Assembly (NCBI GenBank): GCA_951406725.2
Contig: OX597815.1
Location: 93,434,001-93,498,000 of the forward strand
Reading direction: 5' to 3'
DNA from: Octopus vulgaris
Taxonomy: Eukaryota
Length of the DNA stretch: 64,000 bases
Part shown: positions 53,793 through 64,000 of the stretch, one piece after another
Layout: the number at the start of each line of letters is the position of its first letter
Position numbering within the stretch: position 1 is the stretch's first letter
Notes under the pieces: model-generated
Told to the model about the DNA's origin: nothing
The model's input: only the letters and a program-made list of their open reading frames with translations
Databases searched by the model: none
Made by a program: the position numbers and the translations under genes

Positions 53793-55311
53793 TGATGAGT
53801 AATAATAAGTAATAGGCAGGCAAAAATTTAGGTATAAGAAAAAATTATTAGATTGAAGTAATAAAATATATTAAAACCACTAAAATAGAAAACATTCTGG
53901 TTGTTAACACAAGTTCATAACAATTTTAACAAATCACATTTTAACTGTCAATGATATTCCAAACAAGATTATTGATTTTTGAAACTGTACGCTTTTAAAG
54001 CTTAAAGACCAATTCAAAATAGGATTTAGAGAAGTTATAAATTTCAAAATAAAATTATGAAAATGATATCTTAGAATTTAATCTTGGAATTTAGTCTGAT
54101 TTATTCCTGAGACAATTAAGAAATCATTACAAAAAAAAATAACAATAATAATAATCATAATAATAATGTAATTAGCATCTGTCAACTGGGGAAAGGTATT
54201 TAAATGTCTTGGCAAAACAATAACATAAGTAAATGATCTTCCTAAGTATTGTTAAGATGGTCTAGAAATGAACTTACCATACAATGAAACAATTCTAATC
54301 AGTTTTTGTGATTTTCAAGAATATGAATTTAGTTTATAGATTTCTTATTATTATGCTGGTGTCATGTAAAAAGTACTCATGCCAACACTATGTGAAACGC
54401 ACTAGTGCCAGCCCCATGTGAATTAGCACTTTTGTTGGTGCCATGTGAATAGCAATCATGCCAGCACCATGTACAATTCACTTGTGCATGCACCACATTA
54501 AATGATTTTAATATTACTGGTTTTGTTCCCTACCCCCACATAGTTTCAATACTTTTTTCCAAATCTTTATAATTTATAGCTAAAATTATAATTGGGCTCT
54601 TGGTTGGAACCCTTGGCTTCTCTTCAGCCACAGTTTTTATGAAGTTGTTCAGACTGAGCCTTGGTCACATTAATCTCACTAGCCTGAGAAGGCCTTCAAA
54701 AGTTAGGCATTGCTCCCCCACCTACAGCTAACTATAAATAAAAAAAAACTTCAATGCTTCATAATTAGTGTCCACTATTTCCAGTTTTTCCTCATTTATA
54801 CTAACCATTGTTTTTACTAACAACATGATTTACCAGAAAACCACTTTCTTAGTTCAGCCTAACTTTACATTCGTGTTATACACCAATCCTCTGGTTTACT
54901 TAAGTATTCTATTTTATTACTGCTAGAACACTTGTAACATTATTTCTTTTTTCCTCTATGTGTGTTTAAATGGTGTAACTGATAAAATAAATAGCCTAAA
55001 ATGTAGTGGTAATATGTGGAAGTTTAGTTACATTCAAGTAACTGAAATGTGAAGATGTTTAAGAAAAGGTATGACGACAAACTTTGAAAATGCAGTATAT
55101 GCCAGTTTTAAAATTTTGAAATTACAAAATGTCTTTCCTGAGGAGCTATCTTGTTAATAACAGAATCAATAAAATAATCAGTTAACCAGATAACCTATAA
55201 GTAATCTGAGTGGTTATATTCAGTATTTGATTTCAGAATTCTTTATTCTATTAGCAACACACATTTACAAACTTGTTTTCCAATGCTTACACATAAAATG
55301 GTTTACTTTTG

Positions 55312-55424
55312 AAAATAGCACCATTCACCCTTCATGTTCACACATACATACACTTTCTTAAATTCTACAAAATAGCACCATTCACCCTTCATGCTCACAC
55401 ATACATACACTTTCTTAAATTCTA
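55312..55424. repeat. 57-bp tandem duplication
   Basis: AAAATAGCACCATTCACCCTTCATG(T/C)TCACACATACATACACTTTCTTAAATTCTA occurs twice. Confidence 0.9.
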
Positions 55425-58410
55425 TATGACATATTTTCCCCCTTTTACTTGTTGACAACCCATTGACGTTTCACTTCTTCATAAATCATTCTTATATAAT
55501 CATTTCAAGAGATTCCTTATTTTCTACCAAATTTAGGAAATCAGTGTCTGCTCAGGGTGTGTAAGTATGTCCATTCAATAAACCTTACCAACTGCATCCT
55601 TTTATACACCCTGTGTATGCTCCACACATTCAATATATGTTACATAGTAGTTATACAATATTACCATTCACACAAATGTTCAGATGTTTTGGCAATACTC
55701 TTGAATTTTTCACATGGCTACAAGATAAAGCAGCCAAATCTCCCTAAAATCACACCTACCACGATAACAGGAGGAAGATATTGGATAATATAATCCCAAA
55801 TACATTATCTGGAGAAAAAGATGGAATGGTCACAACTGCAACATCTTTGATCTTAGTACTACTCAACCAGGGCTGATCTGGAGCTAAACAGTAACAACTA
55901 TTCCCAATGATGTTAGTAGCTGGATCAACAGAATTAACTTACAATTACATGTAATAAACTGTTGCTACAGACAAATGTGGCTGAATTGATTTTCTTCCAA
56001 GTTTTCCAGCCAGTGTAACTACAGCTTATATCACTGTACCACTGACACTATTAACATTATTCCTATAAACAAAATCATGTAGTGGCAAATAAAACTAATG
56101 TCATAGTCATATTCACTTATTTACTATACAACTTTCACATTTTCTTGATTCCTATCAGATTCTCATTTCATAAAAATGCAAATCACATCATCAGCATATA
56201 GAAGTTCCTGAGAGCATTCACTTAACTGGTATATACATATCATTAACAGTGTGTGTCATGCCAACAGTCATACACAATCTGCTTGTCTTTGTACTCTCAA
56301 TCTTCTCTTGTTGAGGTAACATCTTTGAAATCATATCCTCTAAAAAAAAGCTCCTGTATTCCAGAGTATTTTCAACATTTATAGCAGGTAGATATAAGAA
56401 TTAGTGTTATATTCTTATTGATATTTATAAGAAATCTATCAATCCAACTAATAAAATTAAATTAACAAGAAATAATTAACAGATAAAAGTAAAGTAATAA
56501 CAATGATTCTTATACCAGGTGAGTGAAGGTCTGGATTTTTTATGGTTTAGTCAGAGGAGGAAGGACAGATCTCATGAACACTGTAGAGCCTCCAAGACAA
56601 GTAGATGGAGGGGGGGGCACATCTTATCAGCTGCTGTAGTATGAAGCAGCACATCAAGACAAGTTTTTTCCAGGTTGGAGACTTGGGCTGAATGCATGCC
56701 ACAGAATGGACTCTGCTAAAGACACCAAAAGTTAGGTGGTGGTTTTACAAGAGGGTTGACAAACTAGTTCTACCACCACTGAAGTGTACTTATTGTTCTA
56801 CCATTACAAAAATATAACAGCGAGAAACGGAAATAATTTTGAATGATTGCTTAAAAATGTATTCAACTAAATAACCTGCTTCTTTAGTAAATGTAACATA
56901 GATTGCCCATCTTTGCACAAATGGATAAATTCTATAGAATTCATTATCTCTTCCTCAATAACCTATCAACTATTACTAACTTTATACACTGTCAAGTATA
57001 GCATATGAAACGTGTCTCATTCATAACATTTAAATTTAACTTCCTGTCAACTGTTAACTCAGTTCTGTGAAGTCTACTAGTTAGGCCTCCTCAGTAACAC
57101 ACTGTTACAATAAAACATGACATTTTAAGATAGAAAATGAAAGCTTTCTTGGCCAATTTGTGAAAAATAGAATATTTTTCTAGACAGTAAATCAGATATA
57201 GCAACTTGCCGACTGAGGTTCATCTGAAGTCACACACAAGCCGTAGACAAGTTAAATAATAGCAGTAACTTCTGTCAGATAGTCACATCATCAATGATAT
57301 TTATTATATTCTTCTGAGAGAATCTGATAATCTGCTAATGAAATCAAGACATAAATACCAATTTCAAGAAAGGTAAGTTCAGAGATTTATTATTGCTTAA
57401 GCTATATATATATATACATCACAACCCTCATTTTATGAGAACAAAGCCTTATTTAAACTATTCTCTTTATTACTAGTCTGGACTTAATATCTACAGTAAT
57501 TGTTCACAACTGCAGTTGATAAGGTAGTACAATTATAGCAGTCATTCAACTGTAGTTGGCCATGTACAAGTTGGCCATGTAATGGTTCATGTACAACTGC
57601 AGTGACTCATATACACCATATGCAAGCTAGACAGAACTTCTGCAACCCAGATATAACTTCTGTAACCAAGGTGTAGTCCAAGCACAAATGCTGTGGACCA
57701 ACTACAAATGAAGTATCCCAGGTAAATTTATAGTGGTGTACGAACAACTATCTGTCTAATTTGGGTGGAAGAATAAAGAGAGCAATATGACAAGGTCAAA
57801 TCAACAAAGCCCAGTCTTCTCAAACTTCTAATTCCTACATTTGTTAATCTACACTATTTCTACTGATTACATCTCAACATCATCATCATTTTATATCTGT
57901 TTTCCAGATAGCATAAGTAGATAGTTCAACAGAGAATTACATCTTGCATCATATAGAGATATGATCAAGTATGTTTTCTACTGTTGAATACTCTTCCTAA
58001 CACTAACCACTTTACAGGGTGAAGTGTATGCATTTTTTTATGGCATCAGTACTATAGAGGTTACCTTGCATTCAGCAAGACTAACAAACTGTCTCAAACT
58101 CTGCAATTGTCACTGCTTGAATTGATTGCCAATCACTTATAGAAGGTAATGAAAGCTTTTATGGTACCAGGGGTTGCCTTGCAGCTTACAAAATGAAAGA
58201 TGAATGGAACAGATTTGTTGTTGTAAAAGGATAGTAAGAGAGAGAACAATAGAAGGAACAGTATTCAGGTGTGAATAATGAAGACACGGAAAGGGAGAGA
58301 ATCATGCCAATGATTAATGTGGAGATGGGCGGGGAGTGATAATGGTGGTGAATTTAGTAATGGAATGGATCAGTATGTCTGCTGTGCCAGCTTAGGCAAG
58401 ATGGTTTACA

Positions 58411-59160
58411 ATCATCATCATCATCCTCATTTAACGTCCGCTTTCCATGCTAGCATGGGTTGGATGGTTCAACTGGGGTCTGGGGAGCCCGAAAGCTGCA
58501 CCAGTCCAGTCAGATCTGGCAGTGTTTCTACAGCTGGATGCCCTTCCTAACGCCAACCACTCCGAGAGTGTAGTGGGTGATTTTATGTGCCACCGACACA
58601 GGTGCTAGACGAGGCTGGCAAACGGCCACGCTCGGATGGTGTTTTTTTATGTGCCACCGACACAGGTGCCAGACGAGGCTGGCAGACGGCCACGCTCGGA
58701 TGGTGTTTTTATGTGCCACCGACACAGGTGCCAGATGAGGCTGGCAAACGGCCACGATCGGATGGTGTTTGTTACGTGCCCACAGCACGGAGGCCAGTCG
58801 ATGCGGTACTGGCTACGGCCACGTTCGGATGGTTTTCTTGTGTGCCACGTGCCACCGGCACTGGTACCACAAAGATATAAATTCCATTGATGTTCATCTA
58901 TTTTGATTTGTTTTGATTTGATTGATTTTCACTTGCCTCAACAGGTCTTCACAAGTGTCACAAGAAGGAAGGTATGCACAGGTGGACTGACTACGTCCCA
59001 GGTAGGGGCCACAGGTTATGGCCTGACTAGTCTTGCCGGGTCTTCGGATGGGTTTTTTATGTGCCACCGACACAGGTGCCAGATGAGGCTGGCGAACGGC
59101 CACGATCGGATGGTGTTTGTTACGTGCCCACAGCACGGAGGCCAGTCGGTGCGGTACTGA
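58411..59160 (-). mobile_element. RTE 3' UTR with expanded ~62-bp tandem units
   Basis: (CAT)n tail and shared terminus. The unit TTTTATGTGCCACCGACACAGGTGCCAGACGAGGCTGGCAAACGGCCACGCTCGGATGGTG occurs three times at 58581-58770 and again at about 59055. Confidence 0.85.
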
Positions 59161-59914
59161 CAGGTCTTATTGGAGTAACACATGTTTATTGATGAAAGAG
59201 GGTGATAGGGGAGAGATAAAGAGTTTGAGAATAAACACATACACACACACACAAGTGAATATGTATGTGTATGCATATGGTGGGCACTGAATTGCATCCA
59301 TTTATGTTGAAAACTAACGTAATCATTTGAAAAACAGATAAACAAGTACATGACTGAAGTACTGAAGTCAATATGATCAACTAAATTCATTGGTATCCCA
59401 ACATAGCCACAATCCAATGAATGAAACCAGTAAAACAAAGAAAAGTTAATGACCAGGTTTTTATTAGATTTCATCAGCCTGCACTATAGTATTCACTTTG
59501 AGGAGATAGAATGACAGGTGTTTTGTAATGTAATGTAGTTGACTCAGCAAGTGACTGAGACATGGATTGAGTTCTATCAGCAAACCTATTGCTTCAATTA
59601 GGGCTTATAATGTCTAATATAGTTTATATTAAAATCTTAGCAGTAAAGTCATAACAACGATAAATAGTATTTCCCACAGCAATCTTCACTTGGAAAATAT
59701 GATCTATCATTTAAAAATCAGCACTGACCACATACACGGAGGTATTTTCTGTTTGGTTTGCAGTTCAACATGAGTTTTTATATCTTTTGACTTGTTAAAC
59801 TTACAGGATTTTATAACTTCAGGATTAGACATATACACCATCCTTGCTATACTTTTCACACTATATTTCATCAATCTAAACCAATAGCTTCTAGCCTCAG
59901 AGTCATAGATCATA

Positions 59915-60143
59915 TTAACCCTTTCGTTACCAACCCGGCTGAAACCGGCTCTGGCACTGTTGTACAAATAAATGCCTTGTTTTCATAAGGTTTTAATTAA
60001 AATCTTCCACCAAACCTTAGTCACAATTTATGTTCCTAACACTAGCTGAATGCTAAGTTATTTTACTAAATTTTTTGTTATATTTAAAGTAATTGAAAGA
60101 AACACAGAGCATTTCAAAATAAATACAGTAACAAAAGAGTTAA
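59915..60143. mobile_element. piggyBac-type MITE flanked by TTAA
   Basis: TTAA|CCCTTTCGTTAC...GTAACAAAAGAG|TTAA: TTAA on both sides with imperfect 12-bp TIRs. Confidence 0.75.
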
Positions 60144-62335
60144 GGGTGTTTTCAATTCAACACAATTGACAAAAAATGCTAATAAGGGTGTTGCATACTT
60201 TAAGCATGGGAAGATAGAGTGACAAGGTCACAGACACATAGGAAGCTGCTGATCTGAATGAACGTAAGGTTGTGTTAGTGCACAAGGTGGGGAAGGGGGA
60301 TACCGAAGCACAATTTAACTGTTTAACAGCTGTAACCTCTAGATGTTGACCATCTGAATAAAATCATAATTTTATACAATGCAGATGCAATATTCTAATT
60401 TTATACTCATATGTGCAACAATATAAATCAAAATTGGAATATCATAAATAATACTCAAAATTGATTTCTGTTCTGTGTATGGATTAAGATTTAGATTTCT
60501 AAATCAAATGATTCATACAATGAGTAATACAATAAAGAGAATTATGGTTAATATAATCCCTAAGGCATTATGTTCTGATTCACATGTCCTTGCCTCTGTT
60601 TTGCAATCAGCTTTCCAACCAGCTATTTGACAGCATTAATGAATCACAATTTATATCAATATGTTGGATACAGACAGTAGTTGTTCATGAACATTATTAT
60701 TATTATTATTATTATTATATAACTATCATTTGAAAACAGAACAGCATAAAATGAAAATAAAATCACTAAAATTAACAGAATCCATGAAATAACATCAATA
60801 ATAATAATAGCAACAACAACACAGAAACATCAATGCAGTACAACAGTAAAAAATGAAAACATTAAACAGACTTAATGTAAAACCTTGTTAACATTCCATG
60901 CTATTAACACTAATGACTTAGGAACATTAACATGCAAATTTAACTTTTAATACAAATTTCAAAAATGTAATTTTAATACTTGTTGATTGTACTTCTCTAA
61001 AAATGCAATATGTCTAAATGGTTAAGTTTAATATATACGAGTACAAGAATAATCTAAAATAACAATCTCTGTATCAAGGCTAAAATATTTTAAATTGAAA
61101 TATCATTGACAAATATCAAAATATAAGTAATGAATTAATAATGATAAAAATATAAAAAACAAAAATGTGTAAAACTGCACAACTGTAAATGAGTTTCTAT
61201 TAAAATTCTGATATTAAAGTTATAGGAAATTTTGATGGAAAAATATACACCACTCTACCAACATCAATTAGGAAGTATTGATCTAGTTCAAACTTTGACA
61301 GCGAAAACCTATGTATGAGACAGTTTGCTAAACAAAGAAGACTAAATTAGGTAACACACGCAATAGCTGCAAACTTTTATCATCTTCACTCACTCACTGA
61401 AATAAAAAGCTATCTGGTACAACAAAGAATATTAATCTAAGCACATTTCTACCATAATCAACTATGAAAAGACTACCCTTTAAGTAGGAGTAGAGTACTT
61501 ACTACACATAATTATGCTTTTGTTTTTGAAATTGTATACAGGCAACATTAATGACTTGTGCAGAATGAGATTTACAAAAATGTAAAGCTTCTAGAAGAAA
61601 AAGTGTCTAATACAGATCTTTAAGAAGAGATAATATTGTGAAAAGATGGTAAACAGAACCAAACTTGTGGTGGTTTCAGTTTTAGAAGATACTTTTCTTG
61701 ATATAAAGATAATGATGCCGATGACTAAAGACAATGCATAGGTGCATTATATGCACGTGAGAGTTCTTTCATAGCTGCATATATATTTCAGTATTCATTT
61801 GGCTTTATTATGCTTAATATTAAATTGAAAAATTGCTGAACATTTGTTTCATTTACTTAGAATCCATTAGAACATAAGTAAATTAAACCAATAATTATTT
61901 GCCTTTTATGCTATAAGATAATAAAAAAGATAATATAAAAACAAACTGAAAATGTCTATTAAGAACCAGCAAACATAAAATATTTCTAGAAACACAATTC
62001 TAAGTCAATGGAGATAAATTTTAATTTTTTCTTAGAAATTAATGCCTTAATAAATTTAACATTTTTTATAAGAGAATCAATTGACTTGTCTATTTATCTA
62101 TGATATTAAATTATATTACAACACCTTAAAACATATGAAAAAATGTTAAATATAGAAAATTATATGTGCATTAGGTGAAAATTTGCACATGACAACAGAA
62201 ATTTTTTTATATATATTCACAAAACAATATAACATGCCAGACTCACAATAATATACACAGTGACAACTAAGATATACATACTAGAGACACTAAAGCCAAA
62301 ATGGGGGGACACCTTGCATTAAAGATAAAACTTAC

Positions 62336-62386
62336 CTTCATAAAGTAGAGCTGCCAACCCAAATAACTCCTTAGCAGGATGTTGGG
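62336..62386 (-). CDS. TRIO: Probable upstream 51-nt coding exon of the Trio/Kalirin-family gene
   Basis: ttttttttgtag|CCCAACAT...TATGAAG|gtaagt, with strong splice sites, phase 1-1 and an open frame (x)QHPAKELFGLAALLYEG. It joins in frame to the 32327-32401 exon. No recognised homology. Confidence 0.6.
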
Positions 62387-64000
62387 CTACAAAAAAAATT
62401 TGGAAGTAAGGGTTTTATAAAGGAAATTTGTGAAACACTTGCTAATGACACCAAATAACGCAAAACCAAAAGAAGTAAAATGATTTACACAAGGCAGTGA
62501 CAAAATTCCAAGATAAAACCACAAATCAACTGATATAACAATTACAAAAATTAATATGATACAACCAGCTCAACACATAATCTACACAAATCACCACCCA
62601 ACACTAAAAGACATAACTCAACTTTCACCAACCAACAAAATAGCGTAACTCATATTGCATATATTCTATACAACAAACAGCCAAAACACTAAGATAACGA
62701 GCTCCACAATGAAGTAACACTGATGTAGTTTACAAGCAATTCTATGTCCACAAAAGACAATGCTTCACACAGATCAGAAAAACATGTTGAAAGCATAACA
62801 GAATAATAATAATTTATTGACCACAAAGGTCCTATGATCCCTAATATATCAATCTTGAAACTTTTATATCTACTTCAATGCTACTGATCATTTTTTTAAA
62901 GTTCTTATATGAAATCTAAACATTTCAGTGTAACAAATACACCTAGCTGTTATTTTACTATTTATGTGTGTTTAATGTAGCATAATCACATAGAGATCAA
63001 TGAATAACAAGCCTCACTAGACTACAGAACTGAAACAAAAATTAAACAAGAATTAAATCAATATTTTGCTAGTTTAACTGTGAAATATGTCCTAGCATAC
63101 AATGTGACTAAAATTGTACTTAATGAACAGTTTACTGTCTATAATGGACCTAAGCCAAAGAAATATAGGAAATAGATGAGGTAAGGTCATGCCATTCTAA
63201 AAGATACTTGTTCCTAATATCCCACCTCTCTTGCTATATTCATATTTCTGACTTCTAATTATAAATACAAAGCTTGATGATTTTTAATATTAATATATCT
63301 TAAGTAAAATCATTATAAGGTAATAAACTTTTGCTCATATATATATATATATACACACACACATACACATATATAATGCACAACTAGTGTCCTTCAGTTT
63401 GCTTGTATATCAACAGGTACTACTTCATAGTTCAATGATTAGTTGCAGAAAAAAGAAACATTCAGTTATAAAAATAATTTTCCTATTTAAAGACAAAGCC
63501 AAATGCGTTTTATGTAATTTAGGAAGGTAAAACTTTTTATTTCCAGTATGTAAACCACACTCATGTCGTATTATTGTTGAGTCACAAAGGATGCTTTTGA
63601 AATGATTCAGTAAAACAGATGTTTAACTTGCTGCTACTTCAGTAGTTAGTGGGCAACAATAACCTAGAAGTACAGTATACCCACACTTCAATTTTGAGTA
63701 ATGCTTCAGTATCCTCCCATGACACAGTAACTCCAAACTGAGAGAGTTTAATCGTTGTAATACTTAAATGATTTCAGTAGAACACTCATCTTCACTGTCA
63801 TAGTATTTGCTTGTAGAAACTTTTGACTGAAGCCAAGGTGACAGTGCAGCAGTAGCAGTATCAATGTAATGTTGAAAGTTGTAGACACTAATGCTGCCGC
63901 TTATTCAGAATGAAGATAAGAGGGGATCAGATTACAGGATTGAATCACAGAAGTGTTCACAATATCTGGACATTTTATGATCTAATCTTATACACAAAAA

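Noticed and set aside
58581-58830. CRISPR-like periodic array
   Set aside because: The units repeat in full with no unique spacers, lie inside an RTE 3' UTR, and no cas genes are present in this eukaryotic DNA.

Overview
AT-rich, microsatellite-dense animal genomic DNA. The SINE/RTE repertoire points to a coleoid cephalopod, probably Octopus (inference). The window appears to be almost entirely intronic, at the 5' end of a minus-strand Trio/Kalirin-family RhoGEF gene. It holds one clear 75-nt exon (32327-32401, GRRNDGLKAADIVPILRERVAYLSG, start of the SEC14 domain) and a probable in-phase 51-nt upstream exon (62336-62386); neither is in the ORF track. The introns are filled with transposon remnants: two young 5'-truncated CR1/L2-type LINEs, many RTE LINE 3' ends, an R4/Dong-type LINE, Penelope-like (PLE) remnants, two hAT elements (one with an 8-bp TSD), piggyBac and mariner fragments, piggyBac-type MITEs, two non-autonomous Helitrons and tRNA-derived SINEs. 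The most unusual signals are several PLE-type minimal hammerhead ribozyme folds, two of them sense to the host pre-mRNA and one with a compensatory G3-C8 core, plus many long foldback hairpins. No prokaryotic-type system or CRISPR array is supported. All alignments and translations were done by eye, so element boundaries are approximate unless a TSD or splice site defines them.
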